Below, piece after piece: positions 21,227-28,583 of a stretch of 64,000 nt of DNA. The stretch's first letter is position 1; each line of letters opens with the position of its first letter. Where the stretch lies: positions 124,001 through 188,000 of the IMG/VR virus record IMGVR_UViG_3300044957_000763; one strand, 5' to 3'. The translations under genes and the position numbers were made by a program. The notes beneath the pieces were generated by a model, which had not been told where the DNA came from, made no database searches, and saw only the letters and a list, made by a program, of their open reading frames with translations.

Positions 21227-22195
21227 ATGTGGTACCGCTCTGCGCAGCTATATGATGTCCATGGCAAGAACTTACTCGAGTTCGGGCCTTTTGTCATGCC
21301 ACCACAGGGCAAGCAAGTTGCTTTTACTGGTGTGCCAAAAGAATTTCAGTCGGTTATTAACAGAGCGCAGAATCAGTGGTCCAGTGCTACATGGAACCCA
21401 CAATATGGTTTACAATTTTGGACTAGCAACGGTAAACTAATCGGTTCACAGCAACCAAATTCTAGCGTATTCCAAACGTTGCGCGGTTTTGAACCATATA
21501 GGTTCAAAAGTGATTTCACAGATAAAATCATCTTAGACCTATATCGTCGTGGCAAATCAATCGAACAAGCCGTGCAACAAGCGCGAAGCCAAAACCCAAA
21601 CATTACACCTCAGCAGATTGCCCAAGTGTCATCTCGGTATATGAAGGAGTATTACGTCACTCCCAAGTTTGATGAGCAAGGCAATCTTCAGAATTTACCA
21701 GAGTACTACCCACAGCAAAGCCAACAAGAAGATGCGGCTATTAGGCAAAATATGGAGCGCGAGTATTTAGCCGCACCAAAGAAATCCAATGAACAGGGTT
21801 TTCAATTCACTGACTCACAACCAACAGAAACAGGTCAGCAATATCGAGCCAGATACACTGACGCATATGCAAAGGCGTATGCCGCCTACGAAGCTAACGG
21901 AAGGAAGATGCCATTTGCACAGTGGAAAAAGCAATTTGACGACGATTTCGCTCGTGGGCAATACGGCACCGCTGCCGGTCAAGTCAATCCTGTTATGAAC
22001 CAGGTTCAGACACAGAATCAAACAGCCGGCACATATGAGATGAGACAGGATGCAGTTGGTAATGTGAGCATTGTTCAATCAGACGGCAGGGCGTATGCGT
22101 ATATTCCGGCAAGCCAGGTTCCATATCAAACAGCTTATATTAAGCAAATGACCGGTAAAACACCGGCGGTAAACACTGTTAAAACGCAACAATGA
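21227..22195 (+). CDS. Q-rich hypothetical protein with MWYRSAQ N-terminus (candidate virion/ejection protein)
   Basis: 322-aa ORF; shared N-terminal motif. Confidence 0.6.
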   Translation: MWYRSAQLYDVHGKNLLEFGPFVMPPQGKQVAFTGVPKEFQSVINRAQNQWSSATWNPQYGLQFWTSNGKLIGSQQPNSSVFQTLRGFEPYRFKSDFTDKIILDLYRRGKSIEQAVQQARSQNPNITPQQIAQVSSRYMKEYYVTPKFDEQGNLQNLPEYYPQQSQQEDAAIRQNMEREYLAAPKKSNEQGFQFTDSQPTETGQQYRARYTDAYAKAYAAYEANGRKMPFAQWKKQFDDDFARGQYGTAAGQVNPVMNQVQTQNQTAGTYEMRQDAVGNVSIVQSDGRAYAYIPASQVPYQTAYIKQMTGKTPAVNTVKTQQ

Positions 22196-22288
22196 TTTGT
22201 GCCAAACACTTATTCAACAAACACTATGCCGTTTTTAGCATTTTGGTCTATGTTGATAAATCAGTAATTCGTGTGATATAATAAGCAC

Positions 22289-22903
22289 ATGAAGACAAAA
22301 GGTGTCAGTCCATTTGAAAGCGCACTGCCAATGTGGGAGATTTTAGTTCCATATAGTATCGGTCGCAAAAACGTACAGGTTCCTTATCACAGAGAGTGGG
22401 ATGCTAAGGTTATGGAGATTACCGGTGGTCTTACTATTATGCGCGCTGCCAAAGGTGTCTGGAATTCACCAGACACTGGTAAATCGCACAGAGAAATCAT
22501 GATTCCTGTGCGTATTGCATGCACTGAGGGGCAGATTGCTGAAATTGCCAAAATGACTATTGAGCACTACAGACAAGAAGCAGTGTTCGTAAGTCTGATT
22601 AGTAATAAATCTATGGTATTCCATAGTTCAGATTTTGAAGATGAGCCAGAGGAAGAACTAGGTCACGATGTCCTTTATGTAGTTCGTTTATGGGATGGTA
22701 TGGATGGCATGTGGATGGATGTGTCTGAGCCAGTTACTGCAAATGAAGCCAAAAGGATTTGGAACGAAAAGACTCAAAACGGCACTAAGAATATTGGCTT
22801 TAGTGAAATCGACTACTATGCGATTTACCCAGCAGACACCAAAATGCTTCGAGACGTGTCTAATTATGAGGCACTTGTTGAAGCAGGCCTCGTGCGCCCT
22901 TAA
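22289..22903 (+). CDS. Hypothetical two-module protein
   Basis: 204-aa ORF behind a TGATATAAT promoter; acidic linker EDEPEEE. Confidence 0.6.
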   Translation: MKTKGVSPFESALPMWEILVPYSIGRKNVQVPYHREWDAKVMEITGGLTIMRAAKGVWNSPDTGKSHREIMIPVRIACTEGQIAEIAKMTIEHYRQEAVFVSLISNKSMVFHSSDFEDEPEEELGHDVLYVVRLWDGMDGMWMDVSEPVTANEAKRIWNEKTQNGTKNIGFSEIDYYAIYPADTKMLRDVSNYEALVEAGLVRP

Positions 22904-23801
22904 ACTCTTCAATGTAGGCTGGTAATCTGTGTTCTGGTTGCCAGCCTAATTCTGTTCTTGCTTTCGAAGCGTATTCCTTGGCTTGGAATCTTTCTCCTGG
23001 TCTTTCTGGAAGATATTCAATCGGCATACCGAACATCTCTGCCACTTCTTGAATAGAGTGTGATTCATTTGTTCCAAGCAAGTATCCATCTCCATTGCCC
23101 TTTTGTGCGGCAAGTCGAACTCCCTTTACTATATCCTGCACATGTGTGAAATCACGTCGCTGAGTCCCTGGTAGAACCACTGTGATTGGTCCCCCTGCTA
23201 AATATTGTTGCTCAAAAATGGCAATGACCGTTGCATAGTCGCCACTTGAGATGTGCCCAGGCCCATATACACTGAAGAAGTAAGTGATTGCGTATTTCAA
23301 TCCGAACCATTCACCATAGTTCTTGATAAGTTCACAGTTTTTTGCTTTTGTCCATGCGTATGGACTCAAATGCTCATCTTCGCCGTTATTTCCAAATTTT
23401 GAACTGGAAGCCGCATAAATGAGCTTGGCATTAGTTTGGCGACAATATTCAATCACATTGAATGTGCCGGTTTGGTTTGAGCGTTGTACTTCGATAATGT
23501 CTTTGAAGCTACCAGTGATTCGACTATATTCCCCAAGGTGGTATACGTGTGGAAATGTTATAGGAAATATCAGCGGGTCGGTCGCTGTATGACCCTCGAG
23601 ATACAATACTCTTGGGTCATCTATATGATTTGACTTGTATCCAGAAGAATAGCAGTCTAGAGACAGTACGTGCATGCGCGGGTGCGAATTCAAAAGGTCT
23701 CGTATTAAATGCGTTCCGATAAAACCAGCTCCGCCGGTAACCATCGCCCTCGGTGCATCAGTGGCATTTTGCCAAAACTCACGATTAAAACCGTGTAACA
23801 T
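22860..23801 (-). CDS. NAD-dependent epimerase/dehydratase (extended SDR)
   Basis: VTGGAGFIG, YAASSS, YAWTK (YxxxK), VYGP, RDFTHV. Confidence 0.92.
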   Translation of the reverse strand: MLHGFNREFWQNATDAPRAMVTGGAGFIGTHLIRDLLNSHPRMHVLSLDCYSSGYKSNHIDDPRVLYLEGHTATDPLIFPITFPHVYHLGEYSRITGSFKDIIEVQRSNQTGTFNVIEYCRQTNAKLIYAASSSKFGNNGEDEHLSPYAWTKAKNCELIKNYGEWFGLKYAITYFFSVYGPGHISSGDYATVIAIFEQQYLAGGPITVVLPGTQRRDFTHVQDIVKGVRLAAQKGNGDGYLLGTNESHSIQEVAEMFGMPIEYLPERPGERFQAKEYASKARTELGWQPEHRLPAYIEEFKGARGLLQQVPHN

Positions 23802-23827
23802 ATATGACTTGTACAGTATAATGAGCA

Positions 23828-24139
23828 TTGATGAGCTGGGCTGATTTTGCAAAAACTGCACTACGGAACGGAAACGATGTGACTATCCGTCCTCGAGGAC
23901 AATCAATGCGCGGCCGCGTTGAAAGCGGAGATGTGGTCAAATTGACGCCTGTAACCATGGAAGAGGTTGAAGTAGACGACGTGGTTTTAGTGCGAGTCAA
24001 AGGTCGCGATTACCTGCACCTGGTCAAAGCCAAGGATGGCGACCGAATCCTGATTGGTAACAATAGAGGAGTCAATAACGGATGGATTGGAGCCGGAGGC
24101 CTATACGGAAAAGCCACTGAAATAGCTTCGCCGGAGTAG
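23828..24139 (+). CDS. S24/S26 peptidase-like protein
   Basis: GQSM serine motif and GDVV...DVVLV pattern. Confidence 0.6.
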   Translation: MMSWADFAKTALRNGNDVTIRPRGQSMRGRVESGDVVKLTPVTMEEVEVDDVVLVRVKGRDYLHLVKAKDGDRILIGNNRGVNNGWIGAGGLYGKATEIASPE

Positions 24140-24165
24140 TTTTTGGACTTTTTTCGAAAAGGGCC

Positions 24166-24194
24166 TTGACACGAGAAGGAGTTCGGTGTATAAT
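24166..24194 (+). promoter_or_regulatory. Consensus sigma70 promoter for the tRNA array
   Basis: TTGACA-17 nt-TATAAT; second TGTATAAT at ~24247. Confidence 0.85.
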
Positions 24195-24289
24195 CTCAGA
24201 AAGTAGAAATCGGTGGAACCTTTCGACGCGCCAATCGTCAATTGGTGTATAATAGAAAGAACCACTTAGGAAAAAAGGAAATTCGAACA

Positions 24290-24394
24290 ATGTTATTGCT
24301 TGTTAACGCCATGGCTATTAAAGAATCTGCCGCAATTTTTGCGGTTGAGCCGTGGTTTGTCGTACCAGCAGAACACACCCGGTCGAGGACGTAA
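24290..24394 (+). CDS. 34-aa putative leader peptide
   Basis: AGGAA SD; MLLLVNAMAIKESAAIFAVEPWFVVPAEHTRSRT*; followed by a terminator. Confidence 0.55.
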   Translation: MLLLVNAMAIKESAAIFAVEPWFVVPAEHTRSRT

Positions 24395-24421
24395 CCAGAA
24401 ATCCTAATCAAACAGATTTAG

Positions 24422-24461
24422 AGTGGGAGTCCCGACCAAAAGGGGCTCCCACTTATTTTTT
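24422..24461 (+). terminator. Intrinsic terminator (attenuator) upstream of the tRNA array
   Basis: AGTGGGAGTCCC/GGGGCTCCCACT stem plus TATTTTTT. Confidence 0.85.
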
Positions 24462-24519
24462 GCAAACATCGACATTATGTAAGCCGCAAGGCTGACGACA
24501 ACAAACAGGTTGGCTTGAT

Positions 24520-24593
24520 AGGAGTATGGTCTAATGGCATGACGCTAATCTCCAAAATTATCAGTCGGGGTTCGATTCCCCGTGCTCCTGCCA
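24520..24593 (+). tRNA. tRNA-Trp(CCA)
   Basis: AGGAGTA/TGCTCCT-GCCA; loop CT-CCA-AA. Confidence 0.85.
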
Positions 24594-24725
24594 AGCTAAT
24601 CTAAAACCGCCCTCGGGCTTCTTGGTCAAGATTAGACCAAGAATAAGCACTTTGATAGTTGAATATAGTTTGAGAAACAAGAGACCTGGAATGGGTCCCG
24701 GTGCGCCGGGACCCGAAGATTTCAT

Positions 24726-24804
24726 GAGGGATGGGACTGCTCGGGGTGGTCGCCTCATTTGCAATGAGGATTTCAGGTGGGTTCAAATCCCACATTCTCC
24801 ACCA
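24726..24804 (+). tRNA. tRNA-Ala(TGC)
   Basis: CCTCA-TTTGCAA-TGAGG; G3:U70; one acceptor mismatch. Confidence 0.75.
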
Positions 24805-24810
24805 AGGTTT

Positions 24811-25087
24811 TCGTTGCACAGTAATCGGACCCTTACACTGTTGCCTTGTGTAAACTTCCGATGAAAATTTGGGACAATAGGAAAATTGTTCACCTTGGGC
24901 AATGTGGTAACGCGCATTGTATGGCTTGCAACAGGCAAATAAGTTGCAAGTGAATAACTGCCTCGACGTTCGTCGCCGCAGGAAGGAAATGGCCAGCCGG
25001 CTTAACCACCCGGTGTGCCATGGAGGGTAAACCGACAGTCGAATGACTACCCGTGACTGATGAAAAGCAGACAGAGGGGCAACGAAA
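24811..25087 (+). ncRNA. Unclassified structured RNA candidate (~280 nt)
   Basis: Series of hairpins (CTTGCAAC/GTTGCAAG; ATGGC/GCCAT enclosing CCGG/CCGG; TCGGA/TCCGA) between tRNAs; no credible ORF. Confidence 0.45.
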
Positions 25088-25094
25088 TACAAAT

Positions 25095-25170
25095 ATCCGC
25101 ATGGCGCAATTGGTGGCGCACTTGCCTGATTAGCGAGTGGTTGTGAGTTCGAGTCTCACTGCGGATACCA
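25095..25170 (+). tRNA. tRNA-Ile(GAT), atypical U37
   Basis: ATCCGCA/TGCGGAT-ACCA; loop CT-GAT-TA. Confidence 0.8.
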
Positions 25171-25179
25171 AGTTTAAGT

Positions 25180-25257
25180 GGGGACGCATGTACCAAGGGC
25201 AGGCGACACATCTTTGCAAGATGAGTGTGGAGGGTTCGATTCCCTTCGTTTCCACCA
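25180..25257 (+). tRNA. tRNA-Ala(TGC)
   Basis: GGGGACG/CGTTTCC-ACCA with G3:U70; loop TT-TGC-AA. Confidence 0.75.
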
Positions 25258-25260
25258 AAT

Positions 25261-25339
25261 GCTGGCATGGTGTAGATGGTCTTAACACGCCGGACTTTCA
25301 ATTCGGAGATGACGGGTTCAAGCCCCGTTGCCAGTACCA
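25261..25339 (+). tRNA. tRNA-Glu(TTC)
   Basis: GCTGGCA/TGCCAGT-ACCA; loop CT-TTC-AA. Confidence 0.85.
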
Positions 25340-25345
25340 ATTGAT

Positions 25346-25420
25346 GACCCGTTAGTTTAACGGTTAGAATCTGTGACTTTCATTCACAGGACGCGAGTTC
25401 GACTCTCGCACGGGTCACCA
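25346..25420 (+). tRNA. tRNA-Glu(TTC)
   Basis: GACCCGT/ACGGGTC-ACCA; loop CT-TTC-AT. Confidence 0.9.
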
Positions 25421-25529
25421 ATGTGCAGTGATTGAACACCTACTGCTATGACTGATGGACAGACATCTGACTGCCGAGGAAAGAATCGGCCGTGTGTCGG
25501 GGTGAGATGGTGAAGCCCCGGCCTTTAAT

Positions 25530-25606
25530 GGGGATGTAGCTCAGTTGGTCAGAGCGTTGGTTTGAAAAACCAGAGGTCGCCGGTTCGGTCCCGGCTATCC
25601 CCACCA
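25530..25606 (+). tRNA. tRNA-Phe(GAA)
   Basis: GGGGATG/TATCCCC-ACCA; loop TT-GAA-AA. Confidence 0.88.
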
Positions 25607-25612
25607 GATTTT

Positions 25613-25689
25613 GCCTCGGTAGCTGAGTTGGTTCAAGCGCCTGCCTGAAGAGTAGAAGTAGGTCGGTTCGATTCCGTCGTGGGGCACCA
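25613..25689 (+). tRNA. tRNA-Phe(GAA), somewhat degenerate
   Basis: Loop CT-GAA-GA; TTCGATT T-loop; ACCA end; acceptor mismatch. Confidence 0.7.
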
Positions 25690-25703
25690 GATTTTTGTAG
25701 TTT

Positions 25704-25856
25704 CAATTTGCGGTTGAATCAAAAACGGAACAAATTGTGGAGTGAAACCACACTGTGTGTAAGTCGTCAGAACCTGAGGTCATTAGGAAGAAGCGCAACC
25801 AGACACAAGAGGTACATAGTGACCAGTTGGATAGCCTTATCCACCGTGCCGCAAAC
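25704..25856 (+). ncRNA. Unclassified structured RNA candidate (~150 nt)
   Basis: Ends pair (TTTGCGG/CCGCAAA); internal hairpins GTGG/CCAC and GGATA/TATCC. Confidence 0.4.
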
Positions 25857-25863
25857 AATTTAT

Positions 25864-25939
25864 GGGGCTGTAGTTCAGTTGGGAGAACGCTTCAATGGCA
25901 TTGAAGAGGTCGTGGGTTCGACCCCCATCAGCTCCACCA
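25864..25939 (+). tRNA. tRNA-Ala(GGC)
   Basis: GGGGCTG/CAGCTCC-ACCA; loop AT-GGC-AT. Confidence 0.92.
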
Positions 25940-25946
25940 GGTTTAT

Positions 25947-26025
25947 CTAGGCGTAGAGGAGTTTGGCTTTTCTCGCCTCCCTTGGAAGGAGGAGCACGTG
26001 GGTTCGAATCCCACCGCCTAGACCA
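25947..26025 (+). tRNA. tRNA-Pro(TGG)
   Basis: CTAGGCG/CGCCTAG-ACCA; loop CT-TGG-AA. Confidence 0.9.
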
Positions 26026-26214
26026 ATTTATATGCTCGGGTAACGGCAAGCGGCAAAGCCATTTCCTCGACGCGGTTTTTATCCAGTGCTTGCTGGAGGT
26101 CTAGTTGCGTTGATTTTTCCGCAATTACAGCAGCACCAGGGCGTATAGTTGCGGTGAATGCTTTGCGAGACGTCGCAATGGCGACTTGCGCCCTTCAATT
26201 TTGTAGATAAATCT

Positions 26215-26290
26215 CGGCGGGAGGCCCATTTGGATGAGCATTCCCCTGATAAGGGAAAGGTAGCGGGTTCGAATCCCGCACCGCCGACCA
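26215..26290 (+). tRNA. tRNA-Ile(GAT)
   Basis: TTCCC-CTGATAA-GGGAA; GCGGG-TTCGAAT-CCCGC; ACCA. Confidence 0.85.
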
Positions 26291-26310
26291 GGTTTATGCC
26301 ATAATAAGCT

Positions 26311-26565
26311 ATGAAAGTCAGTCGATTGAAAGAACTATTGGCACAATGCGATGATAACGATGACATTATCATGTTCGCTGACTCAGAGGGAAACTCATTT
26401 CATCCGTTGTCTGAAGAAGGTGTCTCTATAGGCGTTTACGCGTGGGACGGCGAGTATTACGCAGAAATCGGTTTAAGAGAACTCACGTCAGAACTTGAAC
26501 AATCAGGATATTCTGAAGACGATGTGATGGAAAAAGGTCGCCCTTGCATTGTCTTGTGGCCATAG
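26311..26565 (+). CDS. Acidic hypothetical protein
   Basis: 84-aa ORF between tRNAs. Confidence 0.65.
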   Translation: MKVSRLKELLAQCDDNDDIIMFADSEGNSFHPLSEEGVSIGVYAWDGEYYAEIGLRELTSELEQSGYSEDDVMEKGRPCIVLWP

Positions 26566-26579
26566 TAGTATAATGCATA

Positions 26580-26654
26580 TGCGGGGTGGAGCAGAGGTAG
26601 CTCGTCTGGTTCATAACCAGGAGGTCGTGGGTTCAATTCCCTCCCCCGCTCCCA
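26580..26654 (+). tRNA. tRNA-Met(CAT), initiator-like
   Basis: Unpaired 1:72; GCGGGG/CCCCGC; loop TT-CAT-AA. Confidence 0.8.
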
Positions 26655-26660
26655 ATTTAT

Positions 26661-26740
26661 GCGGCTCAGGCAATAATAGCAGTGGTCTGCTGGTTCGGCT
26701 CATGCCCAGACTGCCGGGGTTCAACTCCCAACCCGCTCCA
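26661..26740 (+). tRNA. Degenerate tRNA-Met(CAT)-like gene
   Basis: Loop CT-CAT-GC, TTCAACT T-loop, TCCA end; irregular D region. Confidence 0.45.
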
Positions 26741-26753
26741 GTTTACGACAGTA

Positions 26754-27125
26754 ATGAAACAAATTCCAGCACCGCCTTGTGAGCATTGCGCAGCGTATTG
26801 TTGTAAGCAAAAAGGTCACGATTTTGCAGTTCTACTTGATGAGCATGAGGCAAAGCAATTTGACCATGCATGTTTGGTAGAGAAGCCTTCAAAATATGGT
26901 CTGGAAGAGGGTCAATGGTGTCTGCCATATGAAAATGGCAAATGTGTGTATCTCGGAGATGATGATAGATGCACGGTATATGAAACTAGACCACAATTGT
27001 GCAGAGATTTCAACTGTGTCAATGGATACAAGTGCAGGGGCGAGTATCATGGTTTTTTCCTTGAAGACCACCCGAAAGTGGTCAAGTTGATTGAGTTGCA
27101 TGTAATAAACACCAAAACCTCTTGA
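26754..27125 (+). CDS. YkgJ-family cysteine-cluster (Zn/Fe-chelating) protein
   Basis: CEHCAAYCC...CVYL...CTVYETRPQLCRDF. Confidence 0.85.
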   Translation: MKQIPAPPCEHCAAYCCKQKGHDFAVLLDEHEAKQFDHACLVEKPSKYGLEEGQWCLPYENGKCVYLGDDDRCTVYETRPQLCRDFNCVNGYKCRGEYHGFFLEDHPKVVKLIELHVINTKTS

Positions 27126-27149
27126 CATTTCTTGAGAAAGTGGTATAAT
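27122..27149 (+). promoter_or_regulatory. sigma70 promoter within the tRNA array
   Basis: TTGACA-16 nt-TATAAT with extended TG. Similar (TGn)TATAAT boxes at ~20115, 20519, 22276, 27835, 30233, 33708, 42285. Confidence 0.8.
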
Positions 27150-27236
27150 AAGGTGTCGGGAGTTGAGTATGCAAATTCATGACGTCAACAGAGTTATGAG
27201 CTCTGATTGACTGCAGAAAGGCTCCCAAGATAAAGG

Positions 27237-27311
27237 CGCGGGATGGAGCAGTTAGGTAGCTCGCTTGGCTCATAACCAGGAGGTCATTGGTTCAAATCCA
27301 ATTCCCGCACC
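27237..27311 (+). tRNA. Initiator tRNA-fMet(CAT)
   Basis: C1:A72 mismatch; loop CT-CAT-AA; CCA not fully encoded. Confidence 0.88.
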
Positions 27312-27353
27312 TTTGTTCACTAAGTGACCTACATTTTGTACGAGACGAAGAGA

Positions 27354-27458
27354 TTGGTTCACCTTAACGGCCCTAAGGTAGTCGAAAGATGAAGTGACTT
27401 GTAGAAGCAAGCCCAGTGCCCAGTGCGCGAAAGCGTATACGGCGGCCACCAACCACCA
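27354..27458 (+). ncRNA. Unclassified structured RNA ending in ACCA
   Basis: TTGGT/ACCAA closing helix; two GAAA tetraloop hairpins; CCACCA tail. Confidence 0.35.
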
Positions 27459-27487
27459 GTTTCACAACTTGTTCGTGCAATTCCAAC

Positions 27488-27565
27488 GGGTCTGTAGCTT
27501 AGATGGCTTAAAGCGCGCCTCTCATAAGGGCGAGAGCGTCGGTTCGAATCCGACCAGACCTACCA
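27488..27565 (+). tRNA. tRNA-Met or Ile2 (CAT)
   Basis: GGGTCTG/CAGACCT-ACCA; loop CT-CAT-AA. Confidence 0.88.
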
Positions 27566-27575
27566 AGTTTCTCAT

Positions 27576-27651
27576 GGGGGTGTAGTTTAATTGGGTGAAC
27601 ATTGCTTTCGCACGGCAAAGGTTGTGGGTTCGAGCCCCATCATCTCCACCA
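27576..27651 (+). tRNA. tRNA-Ala(CGC)
   Basis: G3:U70; loop TT-CGC-AC; ACCA. Confidence 0.88.
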
Positions 27652-27654
27652 AGA

Positions 27655-27808
27655 ATTCCTGGTTCTGCAGACTAGGATAAACAAGATGGCGTCGTGGATA
27701 GACACGATTATTCGCCTAGTGCCAACAAGCCTAAAGCGAACTGACAGCAGCGCTCGATTGACAAGAATAAGTCTGAACCAAAGGAATCAAAAACGGTCCT
27801 TGTGGGTA
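27655..27808 (+). ncRNA. Unclassified structured RNA candidate (~150 nt)
   Basis: Nested end pairing ATTCCT..GGTT..CAGACT / AGTCTG..AACC..AGGAAT. Confidence 0.4.
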
Positions 27809-27859
27809 TTCAATCCCACCCATCTTGGAATTTTGTGGTATAATGGAAATAACAGGTTT

Positions 27860-27922
27860 GCGGAACGAAGTCATTGGGTTATCATTAGGAAAAGACACAC
27901 CCACCGACATCAACTTGTCCGC
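27860..27922 (+). ncRNA. Y RNA-like element A (short, no tRNA module)
   Basis: GCGGAACGAAG...GGGTTATC...ACCCA...CTTGTCCGC; parallels the Y RNA Ro60 helix GGUCCGA/CUUGAC. Confidence 0.6.
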
Positions 27923-27936
27923 TTAAAATTTGTGTG

Positions 27937-28081
27937 TTCGGTACGATTGAAATACGGTTATCCTATCATAAAGGGGAAATTCAGGTTCGACTCCTGAGGC
28001 CGGCTCTGTGCTTTCAGCAGAAAGCCGGCTTAGTGTAATGGTTAGCACGCCTAAAAACATCGTTTTCGCCACTTGACCGAA
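27937..28081 (+). ncRNA. YrlA-like element B: permuted tRNA fold with anticodon arm (CAT)
   Basis: Order: anticodon arm, T-arm, acceptor 3' strand GGCCGGC, 18-nt linker, acceptor 5' strand GCCGGCT, D-arm; enclosed by a Y-like stem. Confidence 0.75.
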
Positions 28082-28097
28082 TGTGCAAAACAAATAT

Positions 28098-28318
28098 GGT
28101 GTCCGGGGAGCGGTGAAATTCCGTGGAACGGCTGCGTGGTTGCAAACGCGCAGTGCAGTGGGTGCCTCTGCGAAAGCAAGACCACCCCGGCGAGCCTCAA
28201 ATAGATTTCACGTGGCTGTGTGTAGAACCAGTCGTAGGGTAAAGTGAAACGTTTGTCCATTCGTAAAATGGACTGGAGACGGGTTGCGAGCGGCCCCTCG
28301 GCAATAATGCCGCTCAAC
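28098..28318 (+). ncRNA. Unclassified highly structured RNA (~220 nt)
   Basis: CCGGGG/CCCCGG multiloop with CGG-TGAAATT-CCG T-loop and GAAA hairpin; TTTCAC/GTGAAA domain; three further hairpins. Confidence 0.55.
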
Positions 28319-28328
28319 AGGTTTTAAG

Positions 28329-28403
28329 ATTTGCGGAACGAAGCATCAACGGTTATCACTCACAGCAAATGAACACGACACCGTTAGCGTTCACTTGTCC
28401 GCA
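28329..28403 (+). ncRNA. Y RNA-like element C (short)
   Basis: GCGGAACGAAG...AACGGTTATC...ACCGTT...CTTGTCCGC. Confidence 0.6.
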
Positions 28404-28418
28404 TTCAATTTCTTAAAT

Positions 28419-28566
28419 CTGCGCGGTACGAACGAGTTACGGTTATCCTTCTGTTAAAAGGGTTGCCCAGGTTCGATTCCTGGTCTCGGGACTAAAGACC
28501 ATCTTTAGACTCGAGATAATGTAGTGGTAGCATGCTAAAACATCGTTCTCACCCCTTGACCGCCAG
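28419..28566 (+). ncRNA. YrlA-like element D: permuted tRNA fold with anticodon arm (GTT, Asn)
   Basis: TCCTT-CTGTTAA-AAGGG, CCAGG-TTCGATT-CCTGG, TCTCGGG / 18-nt hairpin linker / CTCGAGA, D-arm ATGT-AGTGGTA-GCAT. Confidence 0.75.
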
Positions 28567-28583
28567 ATTTAAGAACACAGTTT

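Noticed and set aside
25057-25087. Hammerhead-like CTGATGA...GAAA
   Set aside because: The intervening sequence cannot form stem II, and I found no convincing stem I/III with a cleavage triplet.
24990-28110. RNase P-like fragments (CCGGCTTA, GAATGACT..GACAGA, GAGGAAAG, GTCCGGG)
   Set aside because: They are scattered, out of order and separated by tRNAs; no P4 pseudoknot can be built in one locus.
28105-28125. FMN riboswitch (GGTGAAATTCC)
   Set aside because: Only the T-loop motif matches; the other conserved FMN segments and a downstream riboflavin gene are missing.
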